DNA of 64,000 nucleotides from Candidatus Latescibacterota bacterium. Lineage in GTDB: Bacteria; Latescibacterota; UBA2968; GCA-2709665. The DNA lies in assembly GCA_965208835.1 (NCBI GenBank), contig OZ242358.1:1888001-1952000 (forward strand), in the 5' to 3' direction. The notes beneath the pieces were generated by a model, which was not told the origin of the DNA, ran no database searches, and was given only the letters and a program-made list of their open reading frames with translations. Below are positions 39,570 through 49,691 of the stretch, in pieces. Position numbers and translations under genes: made by a program. Numbering within the stretch: position 1 is the first letter of the stretch; every line of letters starts with the position of its first letter.

Positions 39570-40733
39570 TCAGCCGACGTCCGCATTCGAGGCCGCGCGG
39601 TACACTTCGAGGATGGGTACGTCCTGTTCACTCGCGATACGCGCGCAGTCTTCGAATTCAGGCGCTAAACGCGTCCTTCCGCCGTAGCTGGCGACTTTTA
39701 CGGCCACGGGTCCGAATGCGGTTTCGACGACTTCTCTTCGTCGCGAGATCGTCTGACGTTCAACACGACGTATCCGGATGCCAAGCGTCGTGGTTTCACG
39801 GAAGATCAGGTCTGCGAAGGACTGTGTACGGTCCGGATCGGCGAGAACGCTGAGGACCACGCCGGGTCGTCCCTTCTTCATAATGACTGGCGTAAGATAC
39901 GCGTCCCTGGCGCCTTCGGTGAACAGACGGTCGATCAGGAACCCGTATATTTCAGGTGACATATCATCGATGTTGGTTTCAATCAGAGTGAGCGTGTCGG
40001 TCTGCAGCGACGACTCGGATTCACCGATTTCCAGCCGGAGCAGGTTGGGTATCTGGTCCATATCCCGGCTGCCCGCACCGTAGCCCATCAGGCGCGTGCG
40101 AAACGGAGGTGGAACGGCGCCGATCTGCTCGGCCAGTGTGGTCAGGATCGCGGCGCCGGTCGGGGTGACCAGTTCATACGGTATATCGGTGCGTTCGGCC
40201 GCGACATCCCTGCAGAGGGCAACCACCGCGGGAACCGGAACGGGGAGGACGCCGTGGGCGCTGCGCGTCGTTCCCCTTCCGAATCGAAGCCGGGAGGCGA
40301 AGACGCGTTCCACGCCGAGCTGTTCCAGTCCGATGACGGCGCCGGCGATATCCGCGATGGCGTCAGCCGCGCCGACTTCGTGAAAATGGACGCGATCGAC
40401 GGAAATGCCGTGTACTTCGGCTTCGGCTTCGGCGAGACGGCGGAAGATCGCGCGGGCCTGCCGTTTTGCGCCGCTCGAGATGTCAGCGGCATCGATGATG
40501 CCCAGTACGTCCTGCAGTCGGCGATGGTGATGCCCTTCTTCGGCCACGACGTCGATCTTTGTCGCTGCAATGCCGTGACGTTTAACCTTTCCGTCCTGAA
40601 GTACTACGCCCTCCAGGCCGAGTTTGTCCAGTTCTCTCTGCAACACCTCGACCTGCAGGCCCGCATCCACCAGCGCGCCCAGGATCATGTCGCCGCTTAC
40701 ACCGGCATGGCAGTCGAAATACGCCAGACTCAA
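39570..40733 (-). CDS. larC: Nickel pincer cofactor biosynthesis protein LarC
   Basis: YFDCHAGVSGDMILGAL, HHH, VHFHEVGAAD, ELVTPTGAA, ETNIDD, MKKGRPG, PEFEDC; TTG start 40733. Confidence 0.92.
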   Translation of the reverse strand: MSLAYFDCHAGVSGDMILGALVDAGLQVEVLQRELDKLGLEGVVLQDGKVKRHGIAATKIDVVAEEGHHHRRLQDVLGIIDAADISSGAKRQARAIFRRLAEAEAEVHGISVDRVHFHEVGAADAIADIAGAVIGLEQLGVERVFASRLRFGRGTTRSAHGVLPVPVPAVVALCRDVAAERTDIPYELVTPTGAAILTTLAEQIGAVPPPFRTRLMGYGAGSRDMDQIPNLLRLEIGESESSLQTDTLTLIETNIDDMSPEIYGFLIDRLFTEGARDAYLTPVIMKKGRPGVVLSVLADPDRTQSFADLIFRETTTLGIRIRRVERQTISRRREVVETAFGPVAVKVASYGGRTRLAPEFEDCARIASEQDVPILEVYRAASNADVG

Positions 40734-40868
40734 GATGTCACCTCTATCCTCGTCTGCGGGCGGCCCGGGCAGGCAGGGCCGATTGCTGCTCCAGACGGGT
40801 ATATTTATTCTCGATCCTCGGGACGTCAATCGAAAGGAAACGGGGTCTTGTCGTTATGGCGGCTGTTA

Positions 40869-41060
40869 TAAGAAGCTGTCTTAAAATTCCCAGCGGTCTT
40901 CGCGCGGCTGCAAAAGCGCCGGTCGGCGTTGGTCAAACCCACCCGTCGTACGAGATCGAGGCTGCGCTTGCTCGCCTCTCATAGGCGGGTTTTCCCTCCT
41001 TGAACGGCACTTTTTCGCTCGCGCTCGGGAACTCACCGGTAATTTTAAGACAGCTTCTAA
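40869..41060. mobile_element. MITE family C (IS5-family IS1031/IS427-like), TAA target duplication
   Basis: Perfect 17-bp TIR GAAGCTGTCTTAAAATT/AATTTTAAGACAGCTTC flanked by TAA on both sides; no ORF. Confidence 0.8.
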
Positions 41061-41148
41061 GCGAGGCGGTTTCTTCCGGGTTTCCAGACCGTGGGTTCAA
41101 CTTTCCTGCGGGTCGGTCATCCTGCGACGAGGCTGTTGGCGAGGAGAT

Positions 41149-41255
41149 CTAACAGTCCGCTGATGAAGTCGCTGTGCAGGCGAGGCCGGGTAACGCAGTA
41201 TCTCGACCGCAAGGGCCGGCCGCAGCACGGATGGGCTCTTTCAACGGGTTGTTAA
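41149..41255 (-). mobile_element. MITE family A, internally deleted copy
   Basis: Both ends present (CTAACAGTCCGCTGA...TTCAACGGGTTGTTAA); flank coincides with the M23 gene stop codon. Confidence 0.75.
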
Positions 41256-42613
41256 GGTGGGTCCTGCAGGTTGGCCGCAAGCAACGCCGCCGGGTCGTCG
41301 AACAGCGCCAGCAGGCGGTCGCGCTGCTGTCTGAAGTCGGCCAGCTGATCAGGTGAAAGCTGTCTGGCCCTGGAGCGATTGGCGAATCCGGCTGGGTCTA
41401 CAAGGCGATAGCCCTTGCCGTTTCTGACAAAGAAGTTGTAATGGAGGTGCGGTCCGGTGGAGCGGCCGGTCGATCCGACAAAACCGACGGTCTGCTTCTG
41501 CTTGACGTACATCCCCTTCTTCAACCCGCGCGGGAATTTGCTCAGATGGCCGTAGCCCGTCTTGTAGCCGTTTCCGTGCCGGATTTCGACGTAGTTGCCC
41601 AGAGCGCCCCTCCAGCCTCTGAAGACCACGATGCCCGGGGCGGTCGCCCATACGCGCGTGCCGTACGCCGCGGCATAGTCGATGCCGTGGTGTGGAAGGT
41701 ACTTCTTCAGGATAGGGTGGAACCTCCTGTTGGAATAGCCGGAGCTGATCCGCCGGTAATTGAGGGGAGATCTGAGAAACAGGCCGCGAAGTGACTTTCC
41801 GTTCGAATCGTAATAACCCATATGGCCGTCCGATGATTCGAACAGGAAGGCCTGATGGTTCTTCCGTGCTGTCTGGTATTCGGCGGAAAGGATATCCCCG
41901 TATCGAAGGAACCGGCCGTCCTTGTAAAATTTCTCCAGCGCAAGGGCAAACCGGTCGCCGACGCGGCAATCAACCATGAAGTCGATATCGTATTCGAAAA
42001 TGCGGGCCATTCTGCCGGTCAGGATTTTGGCGTTTTCGCCGGTTTCAGACAGGGCGTTCCAGAGGCTGCTGCGGACTTCGCCGGTCAGGACGGCGATCCG
42101 GCGCTCCAGGGGAATCTGTTCTTTACGCGCGGTCAGCCTGCCGTTCGCCCGCGTTACCAGAAACCGGGTCTCGAAAGCTCCCCGCTTGATGAACTCAAAG
42201 GACTGAAGGCTTCCCAGGCTGTCAATGCCCAGTGTGTATCGGTCGCCGCTCCGGACGATTTCGGGATTGAATTCCGCCCGTGGGATCCCCTTTTTTATTG
42301 CATTCAGCAATTCATGGATCTGAGATGGTGCAACGTCTTCCCGGTTCAATGCGTCCCAGAATGTCTCTCTGTGTCGAATACGCCCGTCGATTTCCGGGAA
42401 ACGCGGTTCAGGCGTGACCGTAAGCGGATCCGGAACCGCGAGATCTTCCCGGACGACCTCCGGATTTCGTGCGGATTCGGGATCGGGCGGCCGGGCGGTT
42501 GCGAACCACGTCAATAAAGCGACCGGGATGGCAATGAAAGCAAACCCCGTCAGCCTGAACCGGCGACCGGATCGTCCGGGCCGTTCCGTGCGATCACGTT
42601 TGGTATCGTGCAT
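41252..42613 (-). CDS. M23 family peptidoglycan DD-endopeptidase (MepM/Csd3-like)
   Basis: N-terminal TM, RRFHPIL, HHGIDY (HxxxD), YGHLS, STGPHLH (HxH). Confidence 0.92.
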   Translation of the reverse strand: MHDTKRDRTERPGRSGRRFRLTGFAFIAIPVALLTWFATARPPDPESARNPEVVREDLAVPDPLTVTPEPRFPEIDGRIRHRETFWDALNREDVAPSQIHELLNAIKKGIPRAEFNPEIVRSGDRYTLGIDSLGSLQSFEFIKRGAFETRFLVTRANGRLTARKEQIPLERRIAVLTGEVRSSLWNALSETGENAKILTGRMARIFEYDIDFMVDCRVGDRFALALEKFYKDGRFLRYGDILSAEYQTARKNHQAFLFESSDGHMGYYDSNGKSLRGLFLRSPLNYRRISSGYSNRRFHPILKKYLPHHGIDYAAAYGTRVWATAPGIVVFRGWRGALGNYVEIRHGNGYKTGYGHLSKFPRGLKKGMYVKQKQTVGFVGSTGRSTGPHLHYNFFVRNGKGYRLVDPAGFANRSRARQLSPDQLADFRQQRDRLLALFDDPAALLAANLQDPP

Positions 42614-42809
42614 ATATTCAGTTACTTGGGATTTTCGAACAGGGTCCGGGGATTCTGATAAGACCCGGTCAAAAAAAAGCGAAAACTACAAACGCAGCTT
42701 TCTGCTCCAACGAAAATGCGGCGTCTGAAGATAGGCCCAAACGCGATTTCTGTCAACCCGTATTTTCTCTTGCATCCGGAACGCCGCGACCTTAATCTCA
42801 GGTCAACGG

Positions 42810-43186
42810 CTAACCTTGATTTGTGAGTTTTCGTGGACGTTAATTCGAATTATGTGTTAGTTAATAGAGGCGATTATAAGGCGAATTACCAGGATACACC
42901 AGGTCACTGGTCAGGTTCGGAACTTCTCCCCCCGGCACCTTAGAAGCGGGTAGACGGAAGCCGGTAGAGGGGGAGAAAACCGGGTAGACGGGAGACGTAA
43001 GACGGTAGAAGATATCCTCGCCGGCAAATTCACCGCTCCTTGCCTCCGGCACGAAAAGAAGCCTCACAAGGCAGGAAATCTCTACCCTCTACCGTCTTAC
43101 CTCTACCCGCATTTCTTCTACCCTCTACCCGCATTCAGGGTTTTTGTGGCCAACTTGACTGCTGTCTTTTTTCGAATTGAGGCTAA
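42810..43186 (+). mobile_element. MITE family B copy 3
   Basis: CTAA-CCTTGATT...AATTGAGG-CTAA; both arms similar to 15926-16245; ends 15 bp before the rlmN ATG. Confidence 0.78.
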
Positions 43187-43201
43187 CCGGGAGACGCTCA
43201 T

Positions 43202-44284
43202 ATGGCTGACGTTTCGCAGTCTGGCGACCGTGTGGAACTGAAGGGATTCTATCCCGGAGAACTCGAGGGATTCGTAACTTCCCTGGGACTGGAGCCCTAT
43301 CGGGCCAGGCAGATCGCCGCGTGGATCTACAATCGCGGTTCAACCGACTTCGCGGAGATGACCGACCTCGCAAAGGGGGTGCGGGCGAGACTCGCGCAGC
43401 GAGCGTCGATATTGAACCTCGAGGTGGCGGCGCGATCGGACGCGGACGACGGCGAAACCGTGAAGTATCTGTTTGAACTTCCGGACGGCAGGCGTGTCGA
43501 AAGCGTCCTGATGCGCGACGGCAGGCGCCGGACGCTTTGCGTTTCGTCGCAGGTGGGTTGTCCGCTGGATTGTACGTTCTGCGCCACCGGTCGGATGGGG
43601 CTGATCCGTAACCTGTCCGCCGGTGAAATTCTGGACCAGCTGATTTATGTACGGCGCGAACTGAGAGCACGTGGAGACGATCTGACTAATGTGGTCATGA
43701 TGGGCATGGGGGAGCCGCTGTTGAATTATGAGAACGTCATCCGTGCGATCCGGCTGATGAATCTGGATTACGGTCTGGCTATAGGGATTCGCAGGATAAC
43801 TCTGTCGACAGTCGGCTATGTGCCCGGAATCTTGAGGCTGGCACGAGAGGGGCTGAAGGTCGGTCTGGCGGTTTCGCTGAATGCCGCTGACGATGCACTG
43901 CGATCGCGGATCATGTCGATCAACCGGCGCTGGCCGATCGAAGAGCTTCTTGCGGCCGTCCGGACCTATCGGCAGCGTATCGACCGGAGGGTGACCTTCG
44001 AATACGTACTGCTGCATGGGCTGAACGATTCGATCGAGGACGCCGCTCGCCTGGTCGCGCTGGTCCGGGCCATACCGTGCAAGATCAACGTTATTCCATG
44101 GAATCCCGTGGAAGGCACCGCATTTGTTCGGCCGCCCAGGGACGCTGTCGACAGGTTTGTACACATCCTCAGGAATGCGAGACTGACAACGACGGTGCGG
44201 TACAGCAGGGGCGTGGACATCGCAGCGGGATGCGGACAGCTGTATCTCCGTCCGGATGCGGCCGAAACCGCTGCCGGCACTTGA
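43202..44284 (+). CDS. rlmN: 23S rRNA m2A2503 / tRNA m2A37 radical SAM methyltransferase
   Basis: CVSSQVGCPLDCTFCATG, MGMGEPLLN, FEYVLL, DIAAGCGQL. Confidence 0.96.
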   Translation: MADVSQSGDRVELKGFYPGELEGFVTSLGLEPYRARQIAAWIYNRGSTDFAEMTDLAKGVRARLAQRASILNLEVAARSDADDGETVKYLFELPDGRRVESVLMRDGRRRTLCVSSQVGCPLDCTFCATGRMGLIRNLSAGEILDQLIYVRRELRARGDDLTNVVMMGMGEPLLNYENVIRAIRLMNLDYGLAIGIRRITLSTVGYVPGILRLAREGLKVGLAVSLNAADDALRSRIMSINRRWPIEELLAAVRTYRQRIDRRVTFEYVLLHGLNDSIEDAARLVALVRAIPCKINVIPWNPVEGTAFVRPPRDAVDRFVHILRNARLTTTVRYSRGVDIAAGCGQLYLRPDAAETAAGT

Positions 44285-44329
44285 ACTGACCGGCTGCACA
44301 CGACGAAGGCGCCACGGCGCAGAATTCCC

Positions 44330-44358
44330 TTGATTGTAATGTAAAGATATGATATATT
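44330..44358 (+). promoter_or_regulatory. Sigma-70 promoter for murA-cca
   Basis: TTGATT-17 nt-TATATT with extended TG, in an AT-rich patch. Confidence 0.55.
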
Positions 44359-44425
44359 TTAACTTATAGAGAAATATGAAGGATCAGATTTCACAAGACT
44401 GAGTCGCATCGGTTCGTGGGTATTT

Positions 44426-45721
44426 ATGGAACAGTTCGTGATCGAAGGCGGGTTTCAGCTTACCGGCACCATCGAGCCGCTCGGTAACAAGAACGCCGCG
44501 CTTACTCTCCTCGCCGCGAGTCTCCTGACAGACGAGACGGTGGTGTTGAACAATGCGCCGCCAATAGGAGACGTACTCACCCAGATCGCGATCCTGCGCG
44601 ATCTGGGTGTCTCGGTTCATCAGCATTCCGGACGTGCGAAGCTGAGCGCTTGTGCGGCTTCCCTCAGCAAGACCGCCCTGAATCCCGATTACTGCAGAAG
44701 GAACCGCGGCAGCATACTTCTCGCAGGGCCGCTTCTGGCGCGCCATGGACGTGCGACGATGCCCCGCCCAGGCGGGGACAGAATAGGCCGCCGCCGGCTC
44801 GATACCCACCTTCGAGCCCTGGAAGCGCTGGGGGCGCGCATTGAGACCAGCCACGGATATGAACTGTGGGCGCCGGATGGATTGACCGGCGCGGACATTT
44901 TTCTGGATGAGCGGAGCGTGACCGGAACGGAAAACGTCATCATGGCAGCCACCCTCGCCGAAGGCACGACCGTCATCCGAAACGCGGCCTCCGAACCGCA
45001 CGTGCAGGAGCTGTGCCATCTGCTCAACGCCATGGGCGCCCGGATTTCGGGCGTGGGTACGAATGAGCTGACTGTCGAGGGCGTAAAGGCGCTTTCCGGC
45101 GGCGAGCATGCCATCGGTCCCGATTATATGGAGGTGGGGAGCTTCATCGGACTCGCGGCGGTAACCCATGGTGAGATACGGATCAGAGACGCGGCACCGC
45201 ATCATATGCGGCTGAGTCTGATGGTTTTCGAAAGGCTCGGGGTGGAGGTGATGGTGGACGGTGAGGACATTCTCGTTCCCGACGATCAGAAGCTTCAGAT
45301 CGTCCGTGACGTCGGGGACGCAATTCCGAAGATCTTCGACGATCCGTGGCCGGGTTTCCCCGCGGACCTGATGAGTATTGCGATTGTTGTCGCCACGCAG
45401 GCCCGGGGAACCGTGATGTTTTTCGAGAAGATGTACGAGAGCCGGCTTTTCTGGCTGGACCGGCTGATCGAGATGGGGGCCGAGATCATCATTTGCGATC
45501 CGCACCGGGCCGTTATCGTGGGTCCGTCGAAGCTGTACGGCGAGCGGATTACAAGCCCCGACATCAGGGCCGGGATGGCGCTGTTGATCGCCAGCCTCTG
45601 CGCCGAAGGACAGACTGTGATCCGAAACATCGAACAGATCGATCGCGGGTACGATCGGATCGACGAACGACTTCGCACGCTGGGCGCCCGGATCGAACGG
45701 GTTCCCGTTCCCGTTGACTGA
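44426..45721 (+). CDS. murA: UDP-N-acetylglucosamine 1-carboxyvinyltransferase (Asp variant)
   Basis: [55 protein letters not shown]. Confidence 0.96.
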   Translation: MEQFVIEGGFQLTGTIEPLGNKNAALTLLAASLLTDETVVLNNAPPIGDVLTQIAILRDLGVSVHQHSGRAKLSACAASLSKTALNPDYCRRNRGSILLAGPLLARHGRATMPRPGGDRIGRRRLDTHLRALEALGARIETSHGYELWAPDGLTGADIFLDERSVTGTENVIMAATLAEGTTVIRNAASEPHVQELCHLLNAMGARISGVGTNELTVEGVKALSGGEHAIGPDYMEVGSFIGLAAVTHGEIRIRDAAPHHMRLSLMVFERLGVEVMVDGEDILVPDDQKLQIVRDVGDAIPKIFDDPWPGFPADLMSIAIVVATQARGTVMFFEKMYESRLFWLDRLIEMGAEIIICDPHRAVIVGPSKLYGERITSPDIRAGMALLIASLCAEGQTVIRNIEQIDRGYDRIDERLRTLGARIERVPVPVD

Positions 45722-45726
45722 ACGCA

Positions 45727-47079
45727 ATGGCATCTGCTCACGATACGGCAATTGAGGTGGTTCGACGCCTCGACGCGCACGGATTCCGGGCGTTGCTGGC
45801 CGGGGGATGCGTCAGGGACCTTCAGCTCGGGCTGAAACCACGGGACTACGACGTCGCTACCGATGCCGATCCTCAGAAGGTGATCGGCATTTTTCAAAAC
45901 GCCCGGGCCGTCGGTGCGCACTTTGGCGTGGTGGAGGTGCGCCTGGCGGGGCATGCCTTCGAGGTTGCCCGTTTTCGGCGCGATCTGGGTTACAGCGACG
46001 GGCGGCATCCGGATGCGGTCGAATTTGCCGACGAGACGGAGGATGCCCAGCGTCGCGATTTCACGGTGAACGGGATGTTTTGGGACCCGCTCAGGGACCA
46101 GGTACTGGACTACGTGGGAGGACAGGCGGACCTCAGGGAGAAGACGATCCGGACCATAGGCCCCGCAGAAGACCGGTTTACGGAAGATCGTCTGAGAATG
46201 ATGAGAGCGGTTCGGCTCGGCTGCCGTTTCCACTGGCGGATCGATGCTGCCACATTTGCGGCGATAAGGCGTTCGAGTAAAGACCTTTCGGAAGTCAGCG
46301 TGGAACGTGTCCGGGACGAATTCGTCAGAATCCTGACCGAAGGAGGCGCACCCCTGGGGGTACGATGGCTTATCGACTCAGGGCTGATGAACGGAGTGGC
46401 GCCCGAGGTACTGGAACTCGATGGGGTCGCGCAGCCGCCTGAGTTTCATCCCGAGGGAGACGTGTTGACCCACACGTTGATCATGCTGGGTCTGATGCGC
46501 AACCCGTCGCCCGAGCTGGCCATGGCGGTGCTGCTGCACGACGTGGGCAAGCCGCGCACGTTCAGGACGGCCGACCGTATCCGGTTTGACAATCACGCCG
46601 GCGTGGGCGCTCAGATGACGAATGAGATCTGCCGCAGGCTTCGGTTTTCAGGCGAGGCGACCCGCCACATCGTTCGTCTGGTGGCGGACCATCACCGCTT
46701 TATGCACGTGCGCCAGATGCGCGCGAGCCGGTTGAAGCGGTTTTTGCGGCTGGATCGATTCGACGAGCACCTGGAACTGCACAGGGTGGATTGTTTGTCC
46801 AGCCACCGGAATCTCGAGAACTACCATTTCTGCCGACAGGCTCTGGAAACACTGGAACCAGAAGAGATACGTCCCGAACCGTTGATTACAGGAAGGGACC
46901 TCATCGAGCTCGGGTACACACCGGGGCCGGCGTTCAAGACGGTGTTGAGGGCAGTGGAAGACGGCCAGCTCGACGGTAGGGTCAGGGATAGGGAGAGTGC
47001 GCTGCTCGTCGCTAGAGGCGTGTTTGAAAGCGGTGCGAAGTCCGTGTGTGACGTCCTGGCCGAGGGCGGGTCAGCCTAG
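45727..47079 (+). CDS. cca: CCA tRNA nucleotidyltransferase / poly(A) polymerase family with HD domain
   Basis: GGCVRD, DYDVAT, RRDFTVN, EDRLRMMRAVR, HPEGDV, LLHDVGK. Confidence 0.88.
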   Translation: MASAHDTAIEVVRRLDAHGFRALLAGGCVRDLQLGLKPRDYDVATDADPQKVIGIFQNARAVGAHFGVVEVRLAGHAFEVARFRRDLGYSDGRHPDAVEFADETEDAQRRDFTVNGMFWDPLRDQVLDYVGGQADLREKTIRTIGPAEDRFTEDRLRMMRAVRLGCRFHWRIDAATFAAIRRSSKDLSEVSVERVRDEFVRILTEGGAPLGVRWLIDSGLMNGVAPEVLELDGVAQPPEFHPEGDVLTHTLIMLGLMRNPSPELAMAVLLHDVGKPRTFRTADRIRFDNHAGVGAQMTNEICRRLRFSGEATRHIVRLVADHHRFMHVRQMRASRLKRFLRLDRFDEHLELHRVDCLSSHRNLENYHFCRQALETLEPEEIRPEPLITGRDLIELGYTPGPAFKTVLRAVEDGQLDGRVRDRESALLVARGVFESGAKSVCDVLAEGGSA

Positions 47080-47243
47080 CAGCCCGTTGAAAAAGTCCAT
47101 CCGGGCTGCGGCCGGCCCTTGCGGTCGAAATACGGCGTTGCGCGCCCTCGCCGAATCGCAGGATGGGACTCGGTTGCGCGCCTTGTCTTCGGCCACAATG
47201 GCTCGGCCTCGCCTGCAGAGCGACTTTATCAACGGACTGCTAG
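47076..47243 (+). mobile_element. MITE family A full-length copy with CTAG flanks
   Basis: CTAG-CAGCCCGTTGAAAAAG...CTTTATCAACGGACTG-CTAG; left CTAG contains the cca stop codon. Confidence 0.85.
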
Positions 47244-47382
47244 TCCCCTCGAATTGACGAACAAGCTATAGATCTCCCCGGTCCCCGGTGCTACGCGGTA
47301 TGTTTGGAACCATCGCCTGGCAGGGGCGTTTCCAGATAGAGAAGACCGCTCGCCATACCCACTGTTTCCCGACAGGTGTCCT

Positions 47383-47958
47383 GTGTCAGGACTGATTCGA
47401 TTCGTTCTCCCGTTTGCCGTTTCGGTCCTCTGCGTAACGCATATCGAGGCGACAACCGTAGAAAGGTTCGGCTTCGATTCGCTCTGCGAAAGGGCAGAGA
47501 CAATCGCCCATGTCCAGTGTGTATCCCGCAGCAGCTTTCTGGATGACGGACGAGGGGAAATCGTGACGCGGCACCGGTTCAGGGTCATCGCACCGGTCAA
47601 GGGCAATCCGGGTGCCGAGATCGTCCTCACACTGCCTGGCGGAACCGCCGACGGCCGGAGATTGCATATCCCCGGCATTCCCGATTTCGGCGTCGATGAA
47701 GAGGTCGTTCTGTTCCTTACAGTACCGGACCGGCACGGATCACCGTGGCCGCTGGGACTGGGGCAGGGCTGTTACCGCGTGCTCGCAGCGCAGGACGGAC
47801 ACGCCAGGGTCAGGATGCAGCCGGGAACGACGCCCCTGCCGGCGGGTGCGCTCTTCAAGCCGGCGCTGAACCGACCCTCTCGGCCGTTCCATGTTCCGCT
47901 CCCGCTTTTCCTGCATCAGATCCGCCTCACAATTCCCGAACCATCTGACGAACGTTAG
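47383..47958 (+). CDS. Secreted hypothetical protein, 191 aa
   Basis: Signal peptide ending IEA-TTV; LPGG and PDFGVDEEVVLFL beta-rich pattern. Confidence 0.7.
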   Translation: MSGLIRFVLPFAVSVLCVTHIEATTVERFGFDSLCERAETIAHVQCVSRSSFLDDGRGEIVTRHRFRVIAPVKGNPGAEIVLTLPGGTADGRRLHIPGIPDFGVDEEVVLFLTVPDRHGSPWPLGLGQGCYRVLAAQDGHARVRMQPGTTPLPAGALFKPALNRPSRPFHVPLPLFLHQIRLTIPEPSDER

Positions 47959-48120
47959 TGTCCTGTCCGGGAAATCCCTCACCATTCGGCCGCCGATTCA
48001 TCCCGTCTCGCTACGTTCCCGTCGCTCACCGACCTTACGTAGATCGCTTGCGCACCGGCGCCTTGCGAGCCGGGCGACTCGTCGGCCGAATTTTGGCAAC
48101 TTATTTCCGGGACAGAACAC
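47956..48120 (+). mobile_element. MITE family D (TA-flanked, IS630-like)
   Basis: TIR GTGTCCTGTCCGGGAAAT/ATTTCCGGGACAGAACAC (16 of 18 match); left end overlaps the TAG stop of the upstream gene. Confidence 0.72.
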
Positions 48121-48244
48121 CAGATCCCTATTTATTTCGCTTGACTTTGATCCGGCATTGTTGCATCATACCGGCGCGGTTCATGTGCCCGCTTTTTCGC
48201 GTGTAACATTCTGAATTTAACTGACTTTGGCACTTTTGGCATGC

Positions 48245-48412
48245 TTATCATCCCGTTGAAAAAGCCCATCCGGGCCACGGCCGGCCCTTGCGGTCGAAAT
48301 ATTGCGTTGCGCGCCCTCGCCGAATCGCAGGACGGGACTCGGCTGCGCGCCTTGTCTTCGGCCACAATGGCTCGGCCCCGCCTGCAGAGCGACTTTATCA
48401 ACAGACTGTTAG
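48245..48412 (+). mobile_element. MITE family A copy
   Basis: Near-identical to 47076-47243. Confidence 0.85.
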
Positions 48413-48466
48413 AGGGCGGCGTTATGCCCTTTTTTTGTTGGCTTCGAACCGTAAGGAGAGTGAGTC

Positions 48467-49660
48467 ATGTTCAAGTTGCATTTTGATATTCGGGACATCT
48501 TTCGAGTGGTTCGGCTCGGATGGTCCGGAAAGAAGATCTGGGTGGGGTTGTGCGGCACGCTGATCGCCTATGCCGGATATTCCATCCTGGCTGTCGCCGA
48601 CCACCTGGTAGCCGGGGCTGCGCCTGGTGAGATCTGGCAGCGTTACGGGTTCTTCCCGGGGCTGGCGCCGTTTCCGGTCACGCTGGCCGGCGTCGCTGTA
48701 GACGGGCTTGCATTGCTCTATGTCTGGGTTGTGGTCCTCTTGACAACGTGTATGATCTGCAAGATAACGTACCAGCAATTGAAGGGTGACGACTTTTATT
48801 CCTCCGGCGACGCGTGGGGATTCGTCAGACAGAACTGGGGCGGCGTTGTCTGGGGGCCGGTGGCCACGCTGGCGCTGCTGATCTTTTTTGTCGTCGCCGG
48901 CATTGTGATCGGATGGCTGGCGGGTCTGATCCCATGGGCGGGCGAACTGGCATTCGGGCTGTTGTTCATCCCGATCTTCTTTGCCGCGCTCGTCGCTATT
49001 TTTGTATCGATCGCGTTTGTCGTGTCCCTGACGATGTCGCCCGCGGTGGTTGGGACGGTCGGCGAAGACGCGCTCGAGGTGGCCATCCAGTCCTTTTCAT
49101 TGGCATGGAGCCAGCCGTGGCGGCTGGTGCTGTATATGATCTGGATGAAGATTTCGGTGACTATCGGTACGGCCCTGTTGGGCGTCTTCATGGCCTCGTC
49201 GCTTGCTCTGGTGAGCTGGGCCTGCGGCCTGTTCATGAAGGAGAAACTGGCCAATATGGTCTACGTGGCGGGACAGTATGTCCCATTTGACTTTACGCGC
49301 TCCGAGTGGCTGTCGCTGGACATTACCGCGTATCTGCCGCCCGCCGGTACCCCTTCCGGTTCCGAACTGCTGGCCGGGGGAATTCTCGCAGTAATGTTGA
49401 TTCTGCTCACGGTTATCTTCAGTTCATACGTGATGTCCGCCTATGCTTCCGGTCTCAGCCTGATATACGTGATTCTTCGAAAACGCAAGGACGATGAGAA
49501 TCTGCTCGAATGGGAGGACGACGAGGCGGGAGACGACGAGGAACAACCAGAAGAAGAGGAAGCGACGGACGACGGCGTCCAGGAGGCAGGGAACGACACG
49601 TCCGCGGAATCGGAGAACGGAGACGGTGAGGCGTCGGACACGGAAACGGGACAGAACTGA
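48467..49660 (+). CDS. Polytopic membrane protein with highly acidic C-terminal tail
   Basis: AGGAG RBS; about 6-7 hydrophobic helices; tail of about 50 aa rich in D/E. Confidence 0.8.
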   Translation: MFKLHFDIRDIFRVVRLGWSGKKIWVGLCGTLIAYAGYSILAVADHLVAGAAPGEIWQRYGFFPGLAPFPVTLAGVAVDGLALLYVWVVVLLTTCMICKITYQQLKGDDFYSSGDAWGFVRQNWGGVVWGPVATLALLIFFVVAGIVIGWLAGLIPWAGELAFGLLFIPIFFAALVAIFVSIAFVVSLTMSPAVVGTVGEDALEVAIQSFSLAWSQPWRLVLYMIWMKISVTIGTALLGVFMASSLALVSWACGLFMKEKLANMVYVAGQYVPFDFTRSEWLSLDITAYLPPAGTPSGSELLAGGILAVMLILLTVIFSSYVMSAYASGLSLIYVILRKRKDDENLLEWEDDEAGDDEEQPEEEEATDDGVQEAGNDTSAESENGDGEASDTETGQN

Positions 49661-49691
49661 CGTCCGGCAGTCGGAAAACGTACTGGCGGAT

